A DNA stretch of 64,000 nucleotides from Minisyncoccota bacterium. Lineage in GTDB: Bacteria; Patescibacteriota; Minisyncoccia; Phycocordibacterales; WO2-35-19. The DNA lies in the NCBI GenBank assembly GCA_041664625.1, contig JBAYKK010000001.1, positions 1,956 through 65,955 on the forward strand, in the 5' to 3' direction. The notes under the pieces were generated by a model. It searched no databases and was not told where the DNA came from. It saw nothing but the letters and a program-made list of their open reading frames with translations. Shown in pieces: positions 1 to 8,480 of this stretch. The first letter of the stretch is position 1. Every line of letters starts with the position of its first letter. The translations under genes were made by a program, and so were the position numbers.

Positions 1-12
1 TTGAAACTGAGT

Positions 13-72
13 TATAATTAAAGTCGCACTCTAGTCGACGTATCGTGCGACATGATTTCGCTAAATCATATG
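13..72 (+). promoter_or_regulatory. Conserved leader element, copy 1. It has a TATAAT box at 13-18, hairpin 1 (GTCGCAC 23-29 pairing GTGCGAC 45-51) and hairpin 2 (ATGATTT 52-58 pairing AAATCAT 63-69) directly abutting the ATG at 70.
   Basis: Perfect inverted repeats read directly. The same architecture recurs at 9782-9857 with a compensatory change in hairpin 2. Confidence 0.6.
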
Positions 73-2826
73 GAATACAAATTCCCACTACCAAAAATAC
101 CTTTTGAAAACACTGAGGATGAAATAACTCATTTGCGTAAATTGATTGCTGAAAAGGAAAAACATTTAGAAGATATTGGTTTAAAAAAAGAAGATCTTGC
201 GCCAGCCAGAGAAACTCTGGCACAATACAAAGCTGTTTCAGCAGGCAATACTCTCAGTCCTGGTTTTGAAATAAAAAAAGCTGACATAGAAAAAATAGTG
301 GTCAAACTTTCTCCAGAAGAGCACGACAAACAGATCAATGAGTTGGTCACTTTGGCCAAAGAAAAGGGCATCAAAAATGCTTTGGCAGTAGTAGAAAAAA
401 TGTCAAATTTTCATCTGACTGACGATTTCCATCGTTTTGTAGCTGAATATTTGAAAGAAGGCTTCACCATACCAGGTTTAAATATAAAAGAGAAAATTTC
501 TAAAGGCCTAGATATGGTTCTTTACGAAATCTTGATTCCAGAGGAAAGTAATAATGATAATGTCAAAAATACTCTGGAAGAAGTGATTTCTGGTATGGAG
601 CAGTTTTACGCTGGTATGCTTTCTATATCTGATTCTAACAAAGACGAAGGAAATTGGATGTCTTTGGAGATCGCCAATGCCAATTTTTCTCAAGAGATAA
701 TTTTTTATGTTGCGGTACCAAGTATAAGGAAAAATCTATTTGAAAAACAAATTCTTTCTATTTTTCACAATGCCAAAATCACCGAAAAACCCGATGATTA
801 TAATATTTTCAACGAGACCGGTGTGACGGTCGGAGTTTATGCTAAGTTTACCAAAAATCCGATTTACCCGATCAAAACATATGAAAGTTTTATTCACGAT
901 CCACTCAATGCGATGCTTTCTAGTTTTTCTAAGGTTAACCGAGACGGCGAAGGAGCCGCTATCCAACTTATTTGGTCGCCAGCCGGAGAAAAATACGTCA
1001 AAAGGTATAAAGGCGCTTTAGACAAAATCCAAAAAGGTGTGCCACTCAAAGAAGCTATTGATATTCCAGATAATTTTTCTGAAGATGTGGTGCATGTTTT
1101 TAAAGATTTTTTCTCATCGTCTTCTGATTCCAAAAATAAAGATGGTGTAGATAAAAAGCCAGAGCCAATTGATCAAAGCGCCGTAGCTGAAATAAACAAA
1201 AAAATATCAGCACCAATAGTCAGATGTAATTTAAGACTTTTAGCCTCGTCAAATACCAAAAATGAAGCCGAAGAAATATTGAGTAGCTTGAAATCTGGCT
1301 TCAATCAATTTGATAATACTTTGGGCAATGCTTTGGAATGGAAAAAAACTGACGGCGGTGATCTACGTAATTTAGTCAAAAATTTTAGCTTCAGGATTTT
1401 TGATGAGAGTTCTAGTTTGCCAATGAATTTAAGAGAGGTGACTTCAATAGTGCATTTCCACACCAAAGCTCTTTCGGCTTCCGAAGGTTTACGTCAATCC
1501 CGATCGGCTACTGCTCCAGCTCCGCTTGATATCGGTCAAGAAGGGCTACTTTTGGGTATAAATAAACACCGCAATATAGACACCGAAATAAAAATGGCAG
1601 AAGAAGATCGTTTGAGACACTTTTATTGCATCGGCCAGACTGGTACTGGTAAATCTACTTTGCTCAGAAAAATGATTATCCAAGATATCCAAATGGGCCA
1701 CGGAGTTTGTATGATCGATCCTCATGGTAATGATATCCAAGATGTTTTGGCAAGTGTACCACCCGAGAGATATGATGATGTTATCTATTTTGATCCGGCT
1801 TATACGCAGAGACCAATGGCTCTCAACATGTTGGAATTTGATGAAAATTTTCCTGAGCAAAAAACTTTTGTGGTCAATGAACTTTTCAGTATTTTTAGGA
1901 AACTATATGGCAACGTCCCCGAATCTATGGGCCCAGCTTTTGAGCAATATTTTAGAAACTCCGCTCTGCTTGTGATGGAAGACCCAGCTTCGGGTAACAC
2001 TTTGGTAGATATGTCGCGAGTGTTGTCAGACAAATCTTATCGAGATTTGAAAATGTCTAAATGCAAAAATCCTTTAGTCAAACAATTTTGGCTTAATGCC
2101 GAAAAAACCAGTGGTGATCAGGGACTGGCCAATTATGTGCAGTATGTGACCAACAAATTTGATGTATTTTTGGCCAACGAAATCATGCGTCCAGTCATAG
2201 CCCAAGAAAAATCTTCTTTCAATTTCCGCGACATCATGGATAACAAAAAGATTTTGTTGGTCAATCTTTCCAAAGGCAGACTAGGTGATATCAATGCCAA
2301 TTTGATCGGTTTGATTTTGGTGGGTAAGATTTTGATAGCCGCTCTTTCTCGTTCTGATTCTTTTGGTAAAGATTTCCCACCGTTTTATTTGTATATAGAT
2401 GAATTCCAAAACATTACTACCGATTCTATCGCTACTATTTTATCTGAAGCTCGCAAATACAAATTATCTTTAAATATTGCTCATCAGTTTATCGCTCAAT
2501 TGGAAGAAAACATCAAAGATGCAGTTTTTGGTAACGTAGGTTCTATCTGTGCTTTTAGAGTAGGAGCTGAAGATTCAGAAATTCTAGAAAAACAATTTAC
2601 CCCGACTTTTTCTAGTAGCGATTTGATGAATATAGATAATCTAAATGCTTATTTGAAACTTTTGGTAAATGGTAAGCCTGCCAAACCTTTTAATATTTTT
2701 GTACCATTTCCACCAAAAGGGGATTCTGTTCAGGCAGAAAAATTGAAAGAAATGTCTTATTTGAAATATGGTAAACCTCGCGAAGAAATAGAGAAATTGG
2801 TTTTGGAAAAATACAAAATAATATAA
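70..2826 (+). CDS. TraG/TraD/VirD4-like P-loop ATPase of the FtsK/HerA/T4CP superfamily, with a ~500 aa N-terminal domain of unknown function.
   Basis: Walker A 'GQTGTGKST' and a T4CP/HerA-like C-terminal half ('YLYIDEFQN', 'IAHQ'). The start is moved to ATG 70 because the ATG at 52 lies inside the conserved hairpin. Confidence 0.6.
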   Translation: MEYKFPLPKIPFENTEDEITHLRKLIAEKEKHLEDIGLKKEDLAPARETLAQYKAVSAGNTLSPGFEIKKADIEKIVVKLSPEEHDKQINELVTLAKEKGIKNALAVVEKMSNFHLTDDFHRFVAEYLKEGFTIPGLNIKEKISKGLDMVLYEILIPEESNNDNVKNTLEEVISGMEQFYAGMLSISDSNKDEGNWMSLEIANANFSQEIIFYVAVPSIRKNLFEKQILSIFHNAKITEKPDDYNIFNETGVTVGVYAKFTKNPIYPIKTYESFIHDPLNAMLSSFSKVNRDGEGAAIQLIWSPAGEKYVKRYKGALDKIQKGVPLKEAIDIPDNFSEDVVHVFKDFFSSSSDSKNKDGVDKKPEPIDQSAVAEINKKISAPIVRCNLRLLASSNTKNEAEEILSSLKSGFNQFDNTLGNALEWKKTDGGDLRNLVKNFSFRIFDESSSLPMNLREVTSIVHFHTKALSASEGLRQSRSATAPAPLDIGQEGLLLGINKHRNIDTEIKMAEEDRLRHFYCIGQTGTGKSTLLRKMIIQDIQMGHGVCMIDPHGNDIQDVLASVPPERYDDVIYFDPAYTQRPMALNMLEFDENFPEQKTFVVNELFSIFRKLYGNVPESMGPAFEQYFRNSALLVMEDPASGNTLVDMSRVLSDKSYRDLKMSKCKNPLVKQFWLNAEKTSGDQGLANYVQYVTNKFDVFLANEIMRPVIAQEKSSFNFRDIMDNKKILLVNLSKGRLGDINANLIGLILVGKILIAALSRSDSFGKDFPPFYLYIDEFQNITTDSIATILSEARKYKLSLNIAHQFIAQLEENIKDAVFGNVGSICAFRVGAEDSEILEKQFTPTFSSSDLMNIDNLNAYLKLLVNGKPAKPFNIFVPFPPKGDSVQAEKLKEMSYLKYGKPREEIEKLVLEKYKII

Positions 2827-2834
2827 AAGAGGGT

Positions 2835-2856
2835 GGGCTGACCTTGCGGTCAGCCC
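2835..2856. terminator. Perfect 9 bp-stem hairpin GGGCTGACC-ttgc-GGTCAGCCC between convergent genes.
   Basis: Inverted repeat read directly. A T-rich tract follows on the minus strand. Confidence 0.5.
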
Positions 2857-3104
2857 TTGATATGAAAACGGAACTTTTTTTGTCCGCCACTTTTTTTTGC
2901 TCTTTCTTGGTGGCGGATTTGGGAAATCTCTTTTCTCAGCCGGGAGATTTCGGCGGGGTCCTTGATGCCGTGGCCCCTGATCACCATGGTCAAGAGGTGA
3001 GAAAAGTCGATTTTCTCAACTTTTTCACCCTTCAATCTGGCGTATTCGAAGTTCACTTCGTTGGCCATGTACATGGCCTCTGTGGGGAATGCGGTAGGTG
3101 GCAT
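2850..3104 (-). CDS. Hypothetical small protein (84 aa) with GC-rich codon usage.
   Basis: ORF ends in the terminator hairpin and is divergent from the GC-rich pyrEF-like gene. No recognisable motifs. Confidence 0.3.
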   Translation of the reverse strand: MPPTAFPTEAMYMANEVNFEYARLKGEKVEKIDFSHLLTMVIRGHGIKDPAEISRLRKEISQIRHQERAKKSGGQKKFRFHIKG

Positions 3105-3255
3105 GCTTACTCCTTCTGCTTCCTATTATACCATATACACAATTTCTGTCAACTTGACTGTGGATAGCAAAAAATCTTGCTTTTTGACAGTTTTTCATTA
3201 GTATTGTTCTCGGAAGTCTTTTAGAGACTTGATCTTTGTTAGGGAGAAAAAAGTT

Positions 3256-4554
3256 ATGATGCAATCATGGCTTGATCCGTCAGAGCGTGAGTATTTGGTT
3301 TCTCGTTTACTCGAGAGCCAACTTATCAAATTTTCGAACGAAAGGAATTTGCCACTCAAAAGTGGTGGCAAGACTGACGTTTACATCAACTTGCGAGATG
3401 CTCGTAACGATCCACGAGCAATTGGGCTTGTTGCTAGAATGTTTGAAAACCCGCTACGGCGACTTAATCCGGCCCGCTTCATTGAAGTGCCGGATGCGGT
3501 GAGTTGCTTCGCTGGACCACTTTCAATGGCTCTCGGCATGTCATATATCACTGTTCGTGAGAAGCCGAAGGAAGGACGCGTGGCAAAAGCTACGGCCATC
3601 GGCTCAGCAAAGTTCGGAAGTACCGCAGTCATCATTGATGATGTTGTTACCGACGGCGAATCGAAAATCGTTCCGTTCTTCGAGGCAAAATCGATGGGAC
3701 TTCAGGTCAATGACCTCGTTGTTCTCGTCGATCGCCAACAGGGTTGGAAGAAAAAATTCGCTGAACGCGGTGTTGATCTCTCAGTTTGGCCAGGCATGAC
3801 ACTTCACGATGTGCGGAAACTTCTCATCTCGGATTTCGGGGTTATGCAGCGATGCAATCCCGAGACGGAAGAGAAAAATTGCATCATCGTGGCTCTCGAC
3901 GGCAAGAATTGGGAAGAGACGCTAGCGATCATCGACCCACTCCGCCCGTCTGGCTGCATCCTCAAGGTAAACGATCTCCTTTTTGATCAAGGGATCGCTA
4001 ACCTCATTCCCGATCTTCAGGTTTACGGACGAGTCATGGCCGATCTCAAATGCCATGACATTCCGAACACTGTGAAAAACACCTGCGAGCGACTTCGTAA
4101 GAATCCGCCATGGGCTGTTACCGTCCATGCTTCAGGTGCTTCCGGGATGGTTAAGGCTGCTGTCGATGCTCTAGTTGGTACGCCGACCAAGGTGCTCGCC
4201 ATCACGGTCCTTACCTCGATTGATTCGGTAACATGCGAAGATATTTACAATCGTCTTCCGCTGGATCAAGTGTTAATTCTGGCTGAGAAAGCATCTAAGG
4301 CGGGAGCACATGGTTTCGTTTGCTCTCCCGAGGAAGCACGCGAACTCAAACAAATCTATCCCGACAAAACGATTGTCACTCCGGGTATTCGCTCTGAAGC
4401 GACTCCCAAAGATGATCAAGCCAGGATTGCCACACCCTGTGGCGCCAGGGATAACGGTTCTAATTACCTGGTCATGGGCCGTCAAATCCTTGGGGCCAAG
4501 GACCCGGTTGCTGAAGTCAAACGAGTTCTGACTGAAGAACTCGAAATCAAGTAA
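3256..4554 (+). CDS. Bifunctional orotate phosphoribosyltransferase / orotidine-5'-phosphate decarboxylase, a UMP synthase-like PyrE-PyrF fusion.
   Basis: N-terminal half carries the PRPP-binding motif 'VIIDDVVTDGES'. C-terminal half carries OMPdecase motifs 'DLKCHDIPNT', 'VTVHASGASGM', 'VLTS' and 'TPGIR'. RBS GGGAG lies upstream of ATG 3256. GC content is clearly above the flanks. Confidence 0.8.
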   Translation: MMQSWLDPSEREYLVSRLLESQLIKFSNERNLPLKSGGKTDVYINLRDARNDPRAIGLVARMFENPLRRLNPARFIEVPDAVSCFAGPLSMALGMSYITVREKPKEGRVAKATAIGSAKFGSTAVIIDDVVTDGESKIVPFFEAKSMGLQVNDLVVLVDRQQGWKKKFAERGVDLSVWPGMTLHDVRKLLISDFGVMQRCNPETEEKNCIIVALDGKNWEETLAIIDPLRPSGCILKVNDLLFDQGIANLIPDLQVYGRVMADLKCHDIPNTVKNTCERLRKNPPWAVTVHASGASGMVKAAVDALVGTPTKVLAITVLTSIDSVTCEDIYNRLPLDQVLILAEKASKAGAHGFVCSPEEARELKQIYPDKTIVTPGIRSEATPKDDQARIATPCGARDNGSNYLVMGRQILGAKDPVAEVKRVLTEELEIK

Positions 4555-4577
4555 GTTTGGGAATCAATTTTCCAAAG

Positions 4578-4618
4578 GGTCGTCATGAAAGTGATGACCC
4601 ATTTTGTTTGTTGTTTTG
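4578..4618 (+). terminator. Hairpin GGGTCGTCAT..ATGACCC followed by a T-rich tract after the pyrEF-like gene.
   Basis: Read directly. Confidence 0.5.
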
Positions 4619-4678
4619 TATTATTTTTTGTATTAAAATATAGTAAAGGTCATTATTAATTATTAATTTATAAATCGT

Positions 4679-4933
4679 ATGAATTGGCAAAGTTTTTATG
4701 CAGGTCCGGTCAGTGCAGGTTTTTTGGGTATGGCAGGGCTTTTGATTTTAGTAGTTGCTCTCTGGACAATTGTCTGGAAAGGCATGGCTCTTTGGAAAGC
4801 CGCTCAAGAAAAAAATAAAGTTTGGTTTGTAGTTTTGCTTTTGGTCAACACTGTTGGCATTTTGGATATACTTTATCTTTACGTCTTCAGCAAAAGGAAA
4901 TCAGTGACACCAGTCGAAGCTCCAAAAATGTAA
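4679..4933 (+). CDS. Small membrane protein with two predicted TM helices.
   Basis: Hydrophobic segments 'GFLGMAGLLILVVALWTIVW' and 'VWFVVLLLVNTVGIL'. Confidence 0.4.
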   Translation: MNWQSFYAGPVSAGFLGMAGLLILVVALWTIVWKGMALWKAAQEKNKVWFVVLLLVNTVGILDILYLYVFSKRKSVTPVEAPKM

Positions 4934-5043
4934 TAATTTTTTGTTAAGCTTCAAAAAACAAAAACCATCTTTCATAAACATGAGAGGTGGTTTTTGTTGT
5001 GTTTTGGTGGGTTTGTTCTAATATGATAAATGGAGGTTTGGAA

Positions 5044-5424
5044 ATGAAGAAGACTGTTTTAGAGCCAAAGTATTGGCAAATGTCATTGGGTTTTCCATTG
5101 GCCAGATTGCTGAATCGGGTGGTCAGCAACTGTGGTTTCGCTGAAAAAGTAGAGGTGGTCTCGTTCCCTTCCAAGGAATGTTTCAGAGTATTGGTTTTTC
5201 TATTAGATCCATTAGGTGAGCCGATACACCGGGGTACTGGAAAGAGAGGTATTGAATTTATGAGGATCGAAATCAGGTTTCCTGACAGATTCAATATGAT
5301 TTTAGTGAATGCTAGTGGGGGTGGATTTGGTTTTGCCTTTTCTTCACCCACAGTTTTAGCTGTAAAATCAGAAAAAGCATTAACTGAAATTCTGTGTACA
5401 CTTTGGGTGGAAACCAATCCCTAA
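5044..5424 (+). CDS. Hypothetical protein (~126 aa).
   Basis: Good RBS GGAGG 7 nt upstream of ATG 5044. Ends at the bidirectional terminator. Confidence 0.4.
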   Translation: MKKTVLEPKYWQMSLGFPLARLLNRVVSNCGFAEKVEVVSFPSKECFRVLVFLLDPLGEPIHRGTGKRGIEFMRIEIRFPDRFNMILVNASGGGFGFAFSSPTVLAVKSEKALTEILCTLWVETNP

Positions 5425-5452
5425 AAGCCATGAGCGCGTCTCATGGCTTTTT
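5423..5452. terminator. Bidirectional terminator hairpin GCCATGAG-cgcgt-CTCATGGC followed by TTTTT.
   Basis: Read directly between convergent genes. Confidence 0.6.
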
Positions 5453-5462
5453 CGATTTTGCT

Positions 5463-6260
5463 TTACCAAATTTTTCTGAAAAGGCCACTCAATGGCTCGT
5501 GGCCGTTTTTGAATTCTTTTTGGTCTCCGTGTTTCTCTAATTCTTCATTGTATTTGAGGCCCATGCGGATCGGAGCTTTTTTAATCATTTCTAATATTTC
5601 GTTATGATCATCGGTGATGGTGTATAGCGAGAGATCATCTTTTGTTATAGTTTTGTTTTCAACTAAAAATTCTTTAAAGAATTTTTCTAATGCTGACCAA
5701 AAATTAACCCCTACTAATATTATAGGAGCTTTAGGAATCTTATTGGTTTGTACCAAAGTCAAAATTTCCAAAAATTCATCCAAAGTGCCAAAACCGCCAG
5801 GAAAGAAAACATAGGCTTCGGCCGAAAATGAAAGGCAAACTTTTCGGCTGAAAAAATAATGGAAATCTTCTTTGTCGGTTAAGTATCTGTTGTCTAATTG
5901 CTCGTGGGGCAATTCTATCGTCAGACCCAAAGAATTACCTCCAGCTTCAAATGCTCCACGATTGGCGGCTTCCATTATGCCGGGACCGCCACCTGTGGTC
6001 ACAGAATAATGAAGTTCGGTCACTATTTTGCCAGCCAGCTCTCTAGCTTTTTGATAACAAGGTTCATCTTCTTTGGTTCTGGCAGAACCAAAAAAAGTGA
6101 CAGATCTTGGGTAGTTTTTTACAAATTCAAAACCGTTTTCAAATTCTTTGGATATAAAAAGCACTCTTTTTTGAGCAGCTTCGCTTATTTCAGACAAAGT
6201 TATTGGGGCTTTTTGATTTTCCATATACTCACATTCTAATGGTTTTAAATAATAAGGCAA
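5463..6260 (-). CDS. LOG-family (TIGR00730, SLOG Rossmann-fold) nucleotide-binding protein, a cytokinin riboside 5'-monophosphate phosphoribohydrolase-like protein.
   Basis: Motifs 'GGGPGIMEA' and 'PGGFGTLDE'. Confidence 0.8.
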   Translation of the reverse strand: MPYYLKPLECEYMENQKAPITLSEISEAAQKRVLFISKEFENGFEFVKNYPRSVTFFGSARTKEDEPCYQKARELAGKIVTELHYSVTTGGGPGIMEAANRGAFEAGGNSLGLTIELPHEQLDNRYLTDKEDFHYFFSRKVCLSFSAEAYVFFPGGFGTLDEFLEILTLVQTNKIPKAPIILVGVNFWSALEKFFKEFLVENKTITKDDLSLYTITDDHNEILEMIKKAPIRMGLKYNEELEKHGDQKEFKNGHEPLSGLFRKIW

Positions 6261-6307
6261 TATGATAATATCTGGACAGTATTATTAAGAGCTAAATCAA
6301 ATCGCGT

Positions 6308-6808
6308 ATGAAAAAATTATCTAAAAAAGAGTGGGTCGCTGTCAGTGTGGGTGTGGTGTTTGTAGCTTACACTTTGTTTGGTGGTGATGTTTTGAGTTTA
6401 TTTCAAACGGGTAATACCAGTTCTAATTCTTTGGCAGCTACCGCTAGTGCCAACCCTACCAATAACAATGTCATCACAAGTGATGTCGTAGTTGGTCAAG
6501 GGGCTGAAGTCAAAGTGGGGCAGTTGGTTTCGGTTAATTATATCTTAGCTTTATCTGATGGTACCGTTGTGCAAAACTCTAAAGATTTTGGTCAAACTTT
6601 TAAATTTACCTTGGGTGCCGGAGAAGTGATCCCTGGTTGGGAAATGGGTTTTGCTGGTATGAGAGTTGGTGGTGTACGTGTCGTCACTATCCCTCCAGAA
6701 TTGGCTTATGGGGTCAACCAAGCTGGTCCTATACCTCCAAATTCAACTTTGATATTTACTATTGAATTAGTCGATGCTTCTGATATCGCCCCACAGCCAG
6801 TACAATAA
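6308..6808 (+). CDS. FKBP-type peptidyl-prolyl cis-trans isomerase with an N-terminal signal or anchor.
   Basis: FKBP-domain pattern 'VSVNY...DGTVVQNS...FKFTLGAGEVIPGWEMG..GMRVGGVR'. Confidence 0.8.
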   Translation: MKKLSKKEWVAVSVGVVFVAYTLFGGDVLSLFQTGNTSSNSLAATASANPTNNNVITSDVVVGQGAEVKVGQLVSVNYILALSDGTVVQNSKDFGQTFKFTLGAGEVIPGWEMGFAGMRVGGVRVVTIPPELAYGVNQAGPIPPNSTLIFTIELVDASDIAPQPVQ

Positions 6809-6816
6809 ACTCATCA

Positions 6817-8019
6817 ATGTTAAAAATTGAAAATAAAATAAAAAACTCTCTCGGTAGAGCTGGAGTTTTGACTACGGCTCATGGTTCAATCCAAACTCCG
6901 GCTTTTGTGGCAGTGGGCACCAAAGCTACTGTCAAATCTTTGTCTCCAGAACAAGTCAAAGCGGCTGGTTCGCAAGTAGTTTTGGCCAACACTTATCATC
7001 TTTATTTAGAACCCGGAGAAAAAATAGTGAAAGAAGCCGGGGGCTTACATAAATTCATGAATTGGCAAGGTCCGACCATGACTGATTCGGGTGGTTTCCA
7101 AGCTTTTTCTTTGGGGGTGGCTTATGGTAGTAATTTAAATAAGTTTATTGTGAGTGATGCTCCGACAGTTGCCGAGATCGATGAAGCGTATGATAAAAAC
7201 AAAATAAAAAAAGCCAAAATAACTGAAAATGGAGTAGAGTTTCAATCTATTATCGATGGTAGTGCACATTTTTTTACGCCCGAAAAATCTATCCAAATTC
7301 AAAATGATTTGGGGGCGGATATTATTTTTGCTTTTGATGAGTGCACCTCGCCTCACGCTTCCAAAGAATATTTAAAAGAAGCTATGGAGAGGACCCACCG
7401 ATGGGCAAAACGTTGTTTAGATTTTCATAATAAAAAAGAACAATTCTTGTTTGGCATCGTGCAAGGTGGGCGCTATGAAGATTTGAGAAAAGAAAGTGCC
7501 AAAACGATAAGCGGTATGGACTTCGGTGGTTTTGGAGTGGGTGGTTCGTTTATAAAAGAAGATATGGCTACAGCAGTAAAATGGGTCAATGAGATATTGC
7601 CAGAAGAAAAACCTCGGCATCTTTTGGGAGTAGGGGAACCAGTAGATTTAATTTTGGGAGTAGAAAATGGTTGCGACACTTTTGATTGTGTCTCACCGAC
7701 GAGACTAGGACGTAACGGCACATTTTTCACTCACCAAGGCAAAATACATATTGAAAATACAAAATATAGAAACATTTTTGAACCGATAGAAAAAGACCTG
7801 CCCGACGGCAAGGCGGGTTGTGGGTGCTACACTTGCCAAAATTATACTGCCGCTTATGTTTCGCATCTTTTTAGAAGCAAAGAAATGTTGGCTGGCACAT
7901 TGGCCTCGATTCATAATCTTTATTTTTTGAATAATCTTATGTCACGAATTCGTCAGTCAATTTTGGACGGCACATTTTTTGAACTAAAAGAAGAATTTTT
8001 GAGAAATTATAAATCATAA
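6817..8019 (+). CDS. tgt: Queuine tRNA-ribosyltransferase (tRNA-guanine transglycosylase).
   Basis: Motifs 'TDSGGFQ', 'LLGVGEP' and the Zn site 'CGCYTCQNYTAAYVSHL'. Confidence 0.9.
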   Translation: MLKIENKIKNSLGRAGVLTTAHGSIQTPAFVAVGTKATVKSLSPEQVKAAGSQVVLANTYHLYLEPGEKIVKEAGGLHKFMNWQGPTMTDSGGFQAFSLGVAYGSNLNKFIVSDAPTVAEIDEAYDKNKIKKAKITENGVEFQSIIDGSAHFFTPEKSIQIQNDLGADIIFAFDECTSPHASKEYLKEAMERTHRWAKRCLDFHNKKEQFLFGIVQGGRYEDLRKESAKTISGMDFGGFGVGGSFIKEDMATAVKWVNEILPEEKPRHLLGVGEPVDLILGVENGCDTFDCVSPTRLGRNGTFFTHQGKIHIENTKYRNIFEPIEKDLPDGKAGCGCYTCQNYTAAYVSHLFRSKEMLAGTLASIHNLYFLNNLMSRIRQSILDGTFFELKEEFLRNYKS

Positions 8020-8029
8020 CAAAAAGAAA

Positions 8030-8400
8030 AACCACATCCATCTCTCGACGGTTGTGGCTTTGCCAGGTTTCAGTTCCACGGGTTCTGGCTACCGGCTCGT
8101 TTTTTCCTGAGGTTTTAGCGAGTTCCTCTTCTTAATCCACTTGTGTCGTTCTCATTTCGAAGGCTCATTTTTTTGTTTCTTTCGACACTCTTTTTAAATA
8201 AAAAAAGTGTCTGGTCTAGCCTGGCCCCAAATATGGCCTGGGCTAGTTTTTGGATCGATTGCTGAGCAAGTGGGCGTTGTGCCTCTCCGCCTACCTGCTG
8301 TCACCCCTGTTTTAGAGCGGGTGGCTGCTCTTTCCTAGGTACGTCACTCTGTATATATCATAGCATAATCACATAATTTGTCAAGCATAATTTGCATTTT
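8030..8400. other. ~370 bp GC-enriched noncoding interval between tgt and the truB-like gene. It contains imperfect hairpins and no ORF of 60 aa or more on either strand. Candidate structured RNA.
   Basis: The ORF track is empty here and GC is visibly above the AT-rich flanks. I found no RNase P P4 'AAAGTCC', tmRNA or SRP consensus. Confidence 0.2.
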
Positions 8401-8480
8401 GTAAAATTAAGTGTTAAAAAACGGCTAAAAATAAGGATTTTTGCAAAATGGAGACAAAATGAGGTAGTATTTAGTCACTT

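Noticed and set aside
52-69. ATG 52 (ORF-track start of the ATPase) and GTG 9828 (ORF-track start of rmuC) as true start codons.
   Set aside because: Both fall inside the conserved hairpin element. The conserved ATG that follows hairpin 2 in both copies is preferred.
2844-3167. A 107 aa plus-strand ORF overlapping the 84 aa minus-strand ORF.
   Set aside because: It has no RBS and runs through the terminator hairpin and the divergent promoter region. The minus-strand ORF is kept, at low confidence, because it terminates at the hairpin.
4944-5456. The interval was considered as a ~450 nt ncRNA because overlapping ORFs on both strands end at a strong terminator.
   Set aside because: The plus strand has a good GGAGG RBS 7 nt upstream of ATG 5044 and a clean 126 aa ORF. 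No RNase P, tmRNA or SRP consensus motifs were found. It is treated as a protein-coding gene, and the 157 aa minus-strand ORF is treated as its antisense shadow.
8105-8325. Two 'GTTTTAG(C/A)G' motifs that resemble the start of type II CRISPR repeats.
   Set aside because: Only two partial matches about 205 bp apart. There is no regular repeat-spacer periodicity and there are no cas genes.
8030-8400. RNase P RNA, tmRNA or SRP RNA identity for the GC-rich tgt-truB spacer.
   Set aside because: The universally conserved P4 'GGAAAGUCC', the tmRNA T-arm and tag-ORF features, and the SRP domain-IV motif were not found on either strand. It is kept only as an unclassified candidate structured region.
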